Below, in pieces: positions 19,302 to 28,138 of a stretch of 64,000 bases of DNA (its first letter is position 1; each line of letters begins with the position of its first letter). Source of the DNA: Pseudomonadota bacterium (GTDB lineage: Bacteria > Bdellovibrionota_G > JALEGL01 > DATDPG01); contig JAZDDX010000029.1 in NCBI GenBank assembly GCA_043809315.1, forward strand, positions 1 to 64,000, given 5' to 3'. Below the pieces are notes generated by a model. It saw only the letters and a program-made list of their open reading frames with translations, made no database searches and was not told the DNA's origin. A program made the translations under genes and the position numbers.

Positions 19302-20282
19302 TCAGAATTCGTCGTCCAAACCTTTCCCGGTGTAGCCGAGTTCGATGTAGCCGATGTCGCAGTAGTTCTGATCGGGGCGGGCGAAAAGCTGTGTGAGCGC
19401 CCGAAACACTTCTAAGTACTCTTTCCCGAGTTTCCGCCGGTCCGCCATCTGCCTCTCCTTGTACGTACGATGGCTGGCGGGGAGACTTGATTCCTCGTGT
19501 TCGAACATCCGTTTCGACTGAAACTGGATCTCGAAAAGTTGGCCCTGATTCTTCGCGAGGACTTTGTACACCTCGAACCCGCTGTTCTTCTTCCGCTCCC
19601 CCACGTAATCCTTCTCCTCCAACACGCTTAGACTCCGGACCTTCCGGATCTCCGTGAGAGCATCCCACATCTGCGTTTCCGTCCGAAAAACCGCCTTGAC
19701 GCCATAGACATCCGCCACGATCTGACTGAACTGCCCGTGGAACTTGTCGTGACGGAACATCCGGTCGATGTCGAAGACCATATCGGTCACCTTGTAACAA
19801 AGGTTCGACGTCGTCTTGATCCGCGTGGAGAGGAGCGCGAGCCCCGACTTCGGGACCGGTTCCGGCTTGTATTGGACGAACGAGAGGATGTTCGTGCTCT
19901 TGAACCCGCATCGGGGGCAGACGGGGAGGTGCTCGATCGCGAGATCCGTATCGGCGCGGTCGTACAGTTCTTTCTTCGGATCGGTGATCGGGACCTGGTT
20001 TTTCAGGATCTCGACATGCTCCGGATGAGAACACTTCCCCCAGCCGACGTAGTGGGTCTTCAGCTCCGCACGCGGGGCGAATCGTGAGAGAAGAGCGCGC
20101 GCCAAGCGATGGAGCCGCCGCTCCCCCATCCGGATCCCGCGATGGAACGTCCGCCGGATGTAGTCGACCTCCCGGGGCGAAATCGTGATCGATTCCCCCT
20201 GCTGGACCGAACGGCGGATCGACGCCAGAATCTCATTGAAACGGCGGTCGCGGACGACCTCCGATAGGGGGGATTCCTTCAC
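19302..20282 (-). CDS. Stand-alone RelA/SpoT-like nucleotidyltransferase-domain protein with Zn-ribbon
   Basis: RIKTTSNLCYK, DVYGVK, KDYV, EIQ, ASHRTYK in the order of the RSH synthetase motifs; CSHPEH...CPRC; GTG start overlaps the rpe stop (GTGA). Confidence 0.7.
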   Translation of the reverse strand: MKESPLSEVVRDRRFNEILASIRRSVQQGESITISPREVDYIRRTFHRGIRMGERRLHRLARALLSRFAPRAELKTHYVGWGKCSHPEHVEILKNQVPITDPKKELYDRADTDLAIEHLPVCPRCGFKSTNILSFVQYKPEPVPKSGLALLSTRIKTTSNLCYKVTDMVFDIDRMFRHDKFHGQFSQIVADVYGVKAVFRTETQMWDALTEIRKVRSLSVLEEKDYVGERKKNSGFEVYKVLAKNQGQLFEIQFQSKRMFEHEESSLPASHRTYKERQMADRRKLGKEYLEVFRALTQLFARPDQNYCDIGYIELGYTGKGLDDEF

Positions 20283-20944
20283 TTGCCTTTGGGGTTGGTT
20301 GCTTCCCGCATCTTCGCGATGGCCCCCTTGTAGTCCCGCGATCCGAAGATCGCGGTCCCCGCCACAAAAACCGATGCACCGGCCGCATGAATCTCCCCGA
20401 CATTTTGAGGACCGATCCCGCCGTCGACCTCGATCAGGATCTTGGGTGCCATCCGCTCCGATTTCTTCTTGAGCGATTGGACCTTCGAGACCGAATCGGG
20501 AAGAAACTTCTGCCCGCCGAAGCCGGGGTTCACGGTCATGATCAGAACCATCGCGATGTCGCTCCAGACATGATCTAGAGAATAAAGCGGCGTCGACGGA
20601 TTCAGGGCCACGGCCGGTTTCGCCCCCGACTCGCGGACCATGGCCAACGCCCGCTGAAGGTGGTGAGTCGCCTCGGCGTGGATCGAGATCCAATCGGAAC
20701 CGGCGTCCCGGAACGCCTGGATGTATCTCTCCGGCTCCTCGATCATGAGATGGACGTCGAGCGGGAGCTTCGTCGCTTTCCGGATCGCCGCGACAACCGG
20801 CGGGCCGATCGTGATATTCGGCACGAAACGCCCATCCATCACGTCGACATGGATCCAGTCGGCCCCGGCAGCCTCGACCGCCTCGATCTCATCCTTCAAT
20901 CGGGAGAAATCGGCGGAGAGAATCGAAGGTGCGATCATTGCCAT
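20279..20944 (-). CDS. rpe: Ribulose-phosphate 3-epimerase
   Basis: IAPSILSADF, HVDVMDG, DVHLMI, MTVNPGFGGQ, VDGGI. Confidence 0.97.
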   Translation of the reverse strand: MAMIAPSILSADFSRLKDEIEAVEAAGADWIHVDVMDGRFVPNITIGPPVVAAIRKATKLPLDVHLMIEEPERYIQAFRDAGSDWISIHAEATHHLQRALAMVRESGAKPAVALNPSTPLYSLDHVWSDIAMVLIMTVNPGFGGQKFLPDSVSKVQSLKKKSERMAPKILIEVDGGIGPQNVGEIHAAGASVFVAGTAIFGSRDYKGAIAKMREATNPKGK

Positions 20945-21909
20945 GGGTATGTTTTCCTCCAGACTTCTTGACCGTTCAGCGTCACGCTCACCTCACTTCC
21001 AGGCATGAGCCAGACCGCGAATTCGGAATTGTTGCCGGGGGTCTGCAGGAAGTCAATCACGCTCACCCCGAACGGTTCGGGGCGATCGACCCGTAACACC
21101 CCCTCTTTCCGAAAAAAGGCCGGGGAGGCCGGGATCGTGACGAACACGAGCTGCCCCTCGCCGGAGGTACCCCCCTCCGGAGAGGGGGGCGCGCCCGCGA
21201 CCGTCAGACGGATCTCATCCGCCGGGGAGACAAACGCGCCGACCGCCGGGTCCTGCCCGAGGACCGTCCCTTCCGGCTTGTCGGAAACATTCCCCGGAAT
21301 CGAAGAGACGGTGAATCCCTCTTCCCGCAGAGTTCGCGCGGTCGCCGCGAACCCCTTCCCCGAATAGTCGGGGATCACGTATCGGTCCGAACAGCGCCCG
21401 GTCGAGAGGAGGGTCCGGACCGAGTCGGAGGTCGTTGTCTCCCCCGGCTGTGGGTCCTGCGCGATCACGAGACCCGAGGGGATCTCTTCCGAACAACTCC
21501 GGGAGACCGGTCCTGGAGAGAGCTCGGAGGAAGCCAACACCACGGAAACCGCGCGGGAGTCCAAACCGACCAACCGGGGGGCGCTTCGCTCCCGCGGCCC
21601 TTTCGAAAGAACCAGACCGACGCTCCTTCCCTCCCGCACCCGTTCCCCCGGCGAAACCGATTGTTGAAGGACATGACCGAGCGGAACGTCGCTGCTCGGC
21701 ATCTCGGAAAACGAACCGGTACGCAGGCCCGCCGACACCAGCTGCTCGCGAGCTTCGTCCCGCCCCAGCCCCAGAACGGAAGGAACCGTCACCTCCCCTC
21801 CGCTCCGCACCAGAAGGCTCACCGTCACGATCGTCGCGGAGGCGTAGACGATCAGAAAAACGAGCCCGTACACGAGGCGGACGGGACGGATGTTCGAACT
21901 CAGCCCCAC
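20935..21909 (-). CDS. Membrane-anchored protein with three PASTA domains, no kinase domain
   Basis: N-terminal TM; three units starting VPSVLG, APRLVG and IPDYSG, each with a G-x-V-x-x-Q-x-x-x-x-G block. Confidence 0.85.
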   Translation of the reverse strand: MGLSSNIRPVRLVYGLVFLIVYASATIVTVSLLVRSGGEVTVPSVLGLGRDEAREQLVSAGLRTGSFSEMPSSDVPLGHVLQQSVSPGERVREGRSVGLVLSKGPRERSAPRLVGLDSRAVSVVLASSELSPGPVSRSCSEEIPSGLVIAQDPQPGETTTSDSVRTLLSTGRCSDRYVIPDYSGKGFAATARTLREEGFTVSSIPGNVSDKPEGTVLGQDPAVGAFVSPADEIRLTVAGAPPSPEGGTSGEGQLVFVTIPASPAFFRKEGVLRVDRPEPFGVSVIDFLQTPGNNSEFAVWLMPGSEVSVTLNGQEVWRKTYPWQ

Positions 21910-22826
21910 TGCATGCCCGGAGAGATCGGATAGCCGGGGAGAAAGCTCGAGATCCCCTGCCGCGCCTTCCCCTCCCGCTGAAGTTCCTTAAGTTCGAGCC
22001 AACCGTTGCCGGTAGCGACCCAGAGACGGTTCTTGAGCCACCGAAGAGACCCGGGGGAGGCCGTTCCGCTCGGCTCTTCCGTCGGGGCGGTCCGGAAGAG
22101 CTTGATCCGCTGGCGGCCGTCCGTCGTGAACGCCGAGGGCCACGGGTTGAACGCACGGACCCGGTTGGCAATCTCTTCCGAGGGACGTTTCCAGTCGATC
22201 TCCCCCTCCTCGGCCGTTACCGGCGGCGCGAGCGTCACGAGGGAACGATCCTGGGGGGTGAATTCCGCGGTCCCGGCCTCGACCTTCTCGAGCGCAGCCA
22301 GGAGCGCCCGGGCGCCGAGCCCGGCCAACCGCTCCGTCAACTCGCCGCACGTTTCCTCGGGACCGATCGCCGTCTCCTCCCGGAGCATCACGTCCCCGGC
22401 GTCCAATTCTTGAACCAACCGCATGATCGAGATGCCCGTGGTCCGATCCCCCGCCGCGATCGCCCGCGCGATCGGGGCCGCCCCGCGCCAGCGGGGAAGA
22501 AGCGAGGCGTGCACGTTCAAACTCCATTCGGGAATCGAGAGGATTTCGGGGGGAAGGATCCTCCCGTACGCCGCGACGACGAAGAGCTTCGCCTTGGTTT
22601 CGCGGAGCCCACTCCAAAGACTCTCGTCCCTCATTTTCGCCGGCTGGATCACATGCAGCCCGCGCGCCGCGGCCGCCGTCTTGACCGCCGGCTCCGATAC
22701 CCTGCGTCCCCGACCCGCGGGGCGATCCGGCTGCGTCACCACGAGCGGGATCTCGTGTCCGCGCGTGACCAGCGCCTCGAGAGAGGCGGCGGCGAACGGC
22801 GGGGTTCCGAAGAATACGATCTTCAA
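21900..22826 (-). CDS. fmt: Methionyl-tRNA formyltransferase
   Basis: IVFFGTP, TQPDRPAGRG, NVHASLLPRWRGAAPI; TTG start overlaps the def stop. Confidence 0.95.
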   Translation of the reverse strand: MKIVFFGTPPFAAASLEALVTRGHEIPLVVTQPDRPAGRGRRVSEPAVKTAAAARGLHVIQPAKMRDESLWSGLRETKAKLFVVAAYGRILPPEILSIPEWSLNVHASLLPRWRGAAPIARAIAAGDRTTGISIMRLVQELDAGDVMLREETAIGPEETCGELTERLAGLGARALLAALEKVEAGTAEFTPQDRSLVTLAPPVTAEEGEIDWKRPSEEIANRVRAFNPWPSAFTTDGRQRIKLFRTAPTEEPSGTASPGSLRWLKNRLWVATGNGWLELKELQREGKARQGISSFLPGYPISPGMQWG

Positions 22827-23368
22827 AGCGCCTTCCGACGATCGTCCGGGGTTCCATCGGCGCGGACCCGCGTCTGCTGAATCTCTTTCCGGTACGCCTC
22901 CCGCCGAAGCGGGCTGACGTAGCTCACCAGGAGTTTCCCATCCAGATGATCGATCTCGTGCAGGAAACAGATCGCCAGAAGGCCCTCGGCCTCCAGGATG
23001 AAACGGGTCCCGTCCGGATTCTCCCCTTCGACCGTTACCTCCGCGGACCGCTCGATCTCGACGTAAAGGCCGGGGCAGCTCAAACACCCTTCCTCGATCT
23101 TCGCCTCTCCCGCGCGGCGCGTGATCTCCGGATTACAGACCGCGTACAGCTGCGCCGGAGACTCCTCCTCATCCGTTTTGACTTCCACGATGATCAATCG
23201 GATCGACTCCCCCACCTGAGGGGCTGCCAGACCGATCCCGGGGGCGTACCTCATCGTCTCCACCATGTCGGCCACGAGCGCCGCCAGCTTGGAATCGAAC
23301 TTTTCGACCGGCTTCGCCACCCGCTGGAGGAGAGGGTCGGGATAGGTAATGATTTTCCGAATCGCCAT
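22823..23368 (-). CDS. def: Peptide deformylase
   Basis: GIGLAAPQ, EGCLS, HEIDH. Confidence 0.97.
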   Translation of the reverse strand: MAIRKIITYPDPLLQRVAKPVEKFDSKLAALVADMVETMRYAPGIGLAAPQVGESIRLIIVEVKTDEEESPAQLYAVCNPEITRRAGEAKIEEGCLSCPGLYVEIERSAEVTVEGENPDGTRFILEAEGLLAICFLHEIDHLDGKLLVSYVSPLRREAYRKEIQQTRVRADGTPDDRRKAL

Positions 23369-23391
23369 CGCGGTGATATTAGCTGTAAAAC

Positions 23392-24660
23392 GTGGCCGAA
23401 GGAACCCTCCCCGCCGTCCTGCGCTACTTCCGCCGAATCCTGCGCGAAGATCCCCCTACCCTGCACACCGGGGTGCGCGCCTTCCACTACCTCGTCCGTC
23501 TCGGAACGCACGTCGTCCTGGAATTGAACGAGGCTCAGTTCCTGCAACGCGCTTCTGCCCTTGCCTATACGACGATCCTCTCCCTGGTGCCGGTCACGGC
23601 TCTCTTTGTTCTGTATTTCAAGATGGCGGGGAAACTGGCCTCATTCAGCTCGTCGGCGCAGGACTGGATCCTGCGGACGTTCGTTGCCGACTCAGCGCAA
23701 GGGGTCGTCGACTACATCGACCGGTTCGTGGCGAACCTCCATACCCGTACCTTGGGAACGATCGGTGCGGCCGGGTTGATCTTCACCGCCTATTCCCTCC
23801 TTCGGACCGTCGAGAAATCGCTCAACGCGCTCTGGAAGGTCCGGAGACACCGGACGATCTGGGCCCGATTCCAGATGCTCTGCTCGATTCTCGTGGTGGT
23901 CCCGACGGCCCTGGCCGCCTCGCTCTATGTCTCCGGCCGAGTTCAGGAGCTGAAATTCTTCCACTCCTACCGGGACCTGACGACGATGGTGCGGACCGCG
24001 TTCGTGCTGGTGCCGATCCTGCTCACGACCTTCTCTCTTTTCATGCTGTTCAAGCTGATGCCAAACACGAAGGTTCGCTGGAAGCCCGCCCTCTTCTCCG
24101 CGCTGGTGGCCGCGGTTCTCTTCGAACTCGCCAAGGGAGGGTTCAATCTCTACGTTCTCAAGGTCATTCCGGTCAGCAAGGTGTACGGCTCGCTGGGATT
24201 GATCCCGGTTCTCCTTCTCTGGATCTACCTCAGCTGGGTGATCGTCCTCACCGGCGTGGAGCTCAACTATACGATCCAAAACTTAGCGGCGCTGCAACGG
24301 GAGATGCGGGAAAAATACACCCAGAGCCCGTTTGCGATTCCGGTTCACGAGGATTGGGGGATCCGGATTGCCGTCGCTCTCGCCCGACACTTCCTTCGGG
24401 GGGATGGGCCGCAGTCCGCCGTGATGCTCGCAGCCGACGTCGGGCTGCCGATCGAATCGGTGGAGGATCACCTGGGGGTCTTGACGAAAGCCCAGCTCGT
24501 CGCCCCCACGGCCATCGCGGAGGAGCCCTCGTACGTGTTCAGCCGCCCGCCCGAGAAGATCACGATCGGGGAGATCGGATCGGCCTTCCGGGCGCAACTG
24601 TCGCTTCCCGCCGAAAGAGAGACGGATCATCAACGAACGCTATCCGAGCTGATTCGTTAG
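23392..24660 (+). CDS. YihY/virulence factor BrkB family membrane protein with C-terminal wHTH-like domain
   Basis: ASALAYTTILSLVP, YGSLGLIPVLLLWIYLSW; tail RPPEKITIGEI. Confidence 0.85.
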   Translation: MAEGTLPAVLRYFRRILREDPPTLHTGVRAFHYLVRLGTHVVLELNEAQFLQRASALAYTTILSLVPVTALFVLYFKMAGKLASFSSSAQDWILRTFVADSAQGVVDYIDRFVANLHTRTLGTIGAAGLIFTAYSLLRTVEKSLNALWKVRRHRTIWARFQMLCSILVVVPTALAASLYVSGRVQELKFFHSYRDLTTMVRTAFVLVPILLTTFSLFMLFKLMPNTKVRWKPALFSALVAAVLFELAKGGFNLYVLKVIPVSKVYGSLGLIPVLLLWIYLSWVIVLTGVELNYTIQNLAALQREMREKYTQSPFAIPVHEDWGIRIAVALARHFLRGDGPQSAVMLAADVGLPIESVEDHLGVLTKAQLVAPTAIAEEPSYVFSRPPEKITIGEIGSAFRAQLSLPAERETDHQRTLSELIR

Positions 24661-25370
24661 TCTTTACCCCGCCGTTGCGAGGCGAGGATGCTCTTCAAGA
24701 AGATCGCCATGTCTTCGCGGCGGGCCGGTGTGAGATCGATAAACTGAACGCCGATCCCCTCCATGAAATCTTTCCGGATCCCCGATTCCCCTTTGCGGAG
24801 GTGAACCACCTCCACGTCGGCCGCGAACTTCCGCTTCGATGTCGGGTGGACTAGAACGATCGCGAGCCGGTCCCCCAGCGCGAACCCTTCGATCGACGTC
24901 TTCAGGAACAACCCGCCGTAACTCAGGTTGTCGGTGATCACTTTTCGGGCCATCGCTTTCGAGCGGATCTCGATCACGAGTTGCGTCCGCGCGCGGGGAT
25001 ATCTCCGACTCCCGATTCCGCGGGCATCGAGAAGCTGATCGATGAACTTGTCGAACAGCCGCGCCTGGCGCGCTTCGATCTTCAGGAAGTGGAACCCCAT
25101 CCCGGGGGTTTCGGTCAGACGGTTCGGCGCGACGATCCGGGCCACCTTGGCGGTTACGCGGATCGTCTCGCCGGAATGCGGGATCTCGATCTGCATCTGG
25201 AGCTTCTCGCCGATCTTCGCGAACGGCTCCTTGGTCTCCAGAAAAATTCCGCTCTTGCTCAAGTTTCCGGTAAACGTCTCCGATTCCCCTTCGAACCCGC
25301 CGATCCGGACCCGGATCTTCGTCTCGACACGCGGTTTCACGCGACGTTCAGCAATTGCCAGTACTTCCAT
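24657..25370 (-). CDS. Tandem PilZ-domain protein
   Basis: RRVKPR...NLSKSG and RRYPR...NLSYGG; GMGFHF / GIGVQF. Confidence 0.85.
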   Translation of the reverse strand: MEVLAIAERRVKPRVETKIRVRIGGFEGESETFTGNLSKSGIFLETKEPFAKIGEKLQMQIEIPHSGETIRVTAKVARIVAPNRLTETPGMGFHFLKIEARQARLFDKFIDQLLDARGIGSRRYPRARTQLVIEIRSKAMARKVITDNLSYGGLFLKTSIEGFALGDRLAIVLVHPTSKRKFAADVEVVHLRKGESGIRKDFMEGIGVQFIDLTPARREDMAIFLKSILASQRRGKD

Positions 25371-25439
25371 AGGCTTCGACCGAGCACCATCTTCCACGAT
25401 CACCCCGGGGGCGGCAAGAAAAAGACCCGTGCGCGGCGT

Positions 25440-26339
25440 CTACAAACGGGAAAGGAACGAACGGAGAGCCCCCTTCCGCTCTCCGGTCCCCGGGCCGGTC
25501 CGCTCGAGAACCGCATCGGCGAGACGAAGGAACGCCCCGGCCTGAACCGACTCGGGGTTGACCGCAACGGTCGGCCGGCCGGTATCCCCCCCGCGCCGGA
25601 TCTCGAGGTCGAGCGGGATCTCCCCCAGGAACGGGACCCCGAGTTCGTCGGCGGTTCTCTTCCCGCCGCCGGCGTCGAAAACTGGGGTCAGAGTATGGCA
25701 ATGGGGGCATTCAAAGGAGGACATGTTCTCGATGATCCCCAGGACCGGAACCGACACCTCCCGGAACATCGCGAGGCCGCGCCGGGCATCGATCAACGCC
25801 ATATCGTTCGGCGTCGTCACGATGATCGCGCCCGAAAGAGGAACGGTCTGGACGATCGTCAATTGAGCGTCTCCGGTCCCCGGCGGAAGGTCGAGGACGA
25901 GATAATCGAGCTCCCCCCAGTTCACGTTCCGGAGAAATTCCTGAAGCATTTTCATCACCATCGGCCCGCGCCAGATCACGGCGGTATTCTCTTCCACCAG
26001 GAAGCCGATCGACATGACCTTGAGACCGTAACGGGAGAGCGGCACGATTTTCTGGTCCGGGCCGAGCGTCGGCCGCTCGTTAAGCCCCAGCATGAGCGGG
26101 ATCGATGGGCCGTAGACGTCGGCATCGCAGATCCCGACCGTCTTCCCCCTCCGTCCCAAGGCAAGTGCCAGATTGACGGCCACCGTCGATTTCCCGACCC
26201 CCCCCTTGCCGCTCGCGACGGCCAGGATGTTCCTGACCCCGGGGATCGGCTGCCTCTCGAGGGGGGCCGGTGCCGCCTTCGTGGGGGGCGCGGCCGTGGG
26301 GGGCTGAAACGTAGGAAGTTCGGTCGGTTCTTTCTTCAT
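25440..26339 (-). CDS. Mrp/ApbC/NBP35 family P-loop ATPase (Fe-S carrier)
   Basis: SGKGGVGKST, DADVYGPS, WRGPM, DLPPGTGD, ENMS..CPHC. Confidence 0.92.
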   Translation of the reverse strand: MKKEPTELPTFQPPTAAPPTKAAPAPLERQPIPGVRNILAVASGKGGVGKSTVAVNLALALGRRGKTVGICDADVYGPSIPLMLGLNERPTLGPDQKIVPLSRYGLKVMSIGFLVEENTAVIWRGPMVMKMLQEFLRNVNWGELDYLVLDLPPGTGDAQLTIVQTVPLSGAIIVTTPNDMALIDARRGLAMFREVSVPVLGIIENMSSFECPHCHTLTPVFDAGGGKRTADELGVPFLGEIPLDLEIRRGGDTGRPTVAVNPESVQAGAFLRLADAVLERTGPGTGERKGALRSFLSRL

Positions 26340-27946
26340 TTGCGTCCCAGAATCTTCTTCGCGAACGAAAGGAACCAACCGCTCGATTGCGATCCTTCGG
26401 TGTTCATCGCCACCTTCAAACCGTCCCGCAAGCTCGCCGGGGTCTGAAGGGTGATCATCTCGCTCATCGTCCGCTCCCCGGTCTCGACGTCACGCACTTT
26501 GATGGTCAAGAGGCACTCGGCGGAGAGATCGAACCGCATCTCCAGATTCCGTCCCCCCTTCTGCCCTTTCTTCGGGGCGGGGAAGCAGAAGGTGCCGAGG
26601 TACTCGTTCTTCAAGACGGTCGGATCCTCCCCCTGATAGATGTCGATCACCAGCATGTCCTCGCGGAACAGGTTGGCCTTATACGCCTTCGACGCGGGGA
26701 TCGGGGTGTTCTTGTCCAGGATTACTTTGAACTTCCCGCCGGTCACCGCGATCCCGATCGGGATCGACAGAACGTCGTGGAGCTTCACCTCTTGCCGGAT
26801 CGCCTTCGGGTTCGCGAGGATCGCCGCACCCAGGGCCACGACTTCGTCGGGATGAACCCCCTTCCGCGGCGCCTTCCCGAAATGGGCCTCGACTCGGTCC
26901 TGCACCAGAGGCATCCGGGTCTGGCCGCCGACCAGGAGGATCTCGTCCAGATCCCCCTTCTTCATCTTGATCGAGTTCAAAACCTGATCGGTGATGATCA
27001 ACGTCCGATCGATCAGATCGGAGGAAAGACGGTTGAGCTGATCGCGCGTCAGCTTGAGCTTCATGTCGACCGGCTGTCCCTTCAGGTCGGCGATGTACGG
27101 AAGAAGAAGTTCGACCTGTTTTTCGACCGACAGCTCCCGCTTGGCCCGCTCGGCCGCCTGCCGGACCCGCTGCACCGAGACCGGCTCCTCGAGCAGGTCT
27201 TTCCCGGTCACCTCCTTGAACTTCTGGAGAGCGAGCCCGGTGACCCGGTTGTCGATGTCGACCCCTCCTAGAAACGTATCGCCGCCGGTGGCGAGGACGC
27301 GGAATTCGTTCGCCTGGACGTGCAGGATCGAGACGTCGAATGTCCCGCCCCCCAGGTCGTAGACCAGAATTTTTTGGTCGAACCCTTTGTTGAAACCGTA
27401 CGCGACCGCTGCGGCAGTCGGTTCGTTGACGATCCGCTCGACCTCGAGTCCGGCGATCGCCCCCGCTCGCTTGACCGCGTGCCGCTGGTTGTCGCTGTAG
27501 TAAGCCGGCACCGTGATCACCGCGCGCTGGATCTTCTGATCCAGCATCCCCTGCGCCACTTCGCGGATCGCGCCCAGAATGTAGGCGGAGATCTGAGACA
27601 AGGTGTACGTCTTCTCCCCGAGCATCACGGCCGCTTCGCCGTCCGGTCCCTCGACGATCGGGTACGACATCAACTGCTTGATCTCCTGCACGATCATCGA
27701 ATTGAATTTGCGCCCGATGAGGCGCTTGGCGCCGAAGATGGTGCAGCCCGGATCGACCACCATTTGATCCAAGGCGGGCTGGCCGGTGACGATCTCCCCC
27801 TTTTTGGTCAGGGCAACAACCGACGGGATCGTCGCGTACCCTTTTTCCGACGGGATAATGCGGGGTTGGCCGTCCTTCACGTACGCCGCGCAGGTGAACG
27901 TGGTGCCCAGGTCAATTCCGAGAATGATCTCCGACGGAGAGGACAT
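26336..27946 (-). CDS. Specialised Hsp70-family protein (short, lacks the DnaK helical lid)
   Basis: GIDLGTT, TVPAYY, NEPTAAA, DLGGGTFD, VGGQTRMP; 536 aa. Confidence 0.88.
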   Translation of the reverse strand: MSSPSEIILGIDLGTTFTCAAYVKDGQPRIIPSEKGYATIPSVVALTKKGEIVTGQPALDQMVVDPGCTIFGAKRLIGRKFNSMIVQEIKQLMSYPIVEGPDGEAAVMLGEKTYTLSQISAYILGAIREVAQGMLDQKIQRAVITVPAYYSDNQRHAVKRAGAIAGLEVERIVNEPTAAAVAYGFNKGFDQKILVYDLGGGTFDVSILHVQANEFRVLATGGDTFLGGVDIDNRVTGLALQKFKEVTGKDLLEEPVSVQRVRQAAERAKRELSVEKQVELLLPYIADLKGQPVDMKLKLTRDQLNRLSSDLIDRTLIITDQVLNSIKMKKGDLDEILLVGGQTRMPLVQDRVEAHFGKAPRKGVHPDEVVALGAAILANPKAIRQEVKLHDVLSIPIGIAVTGGKFKVILDKNTPIPASKAYKANLFREDMLVIDIYQGEDPTVLKNEYLGTFCFPAPKKGQKGGRNLEMRFDLSAECLLTIKVRDVETGERTMSEMITLQTPASLRDGLKVAMNTEGSQSSGWFLSFAKKILGRK

Positions 27947-27981
27947 GCCGACCCGACACGGTACCGTGGGCGACCCCCCTT

Positions 27982-27998
27982 AGCAACCTCGACGCCGA
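27982..27998 (-). promoter_or_regulatory. Possible sigma54 promoter for the Hsp70-Mrp genes
   Basis: TCGGCGTCGAGGTTGCT (GG-N10-GC; CGG instead of TGG). Confidence 0.4.
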
Positions 27999-28049
27999 TG
28001 CTCGCCGGTATTAGCGTCGGAAAACGGTTCGTGATAAAAGCCCTCCCGC

Positions 28050-28136
28050 GCGAAAGTGGCGGAATTGGCAGACGCGCCAGATTCAGGGTCTGGTGCCCGC
28101 AAGGGTGTAGGGGTTCGAGTCCCCTCTTTCGCACCA
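28050..28136 (+). tRNA. tRNA-Leu(CAG)
   Basis: Acceptor stem GCGAAAG/CTTTCGC, anticodon arm CCAGA-TTCAGGG-TCTGG, long variable arm, T-arm AGGGG-TTCGAGT-CCCCT, encoded CCA. Confidence 0.97.
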
Positions 28137-28138
28137 AC

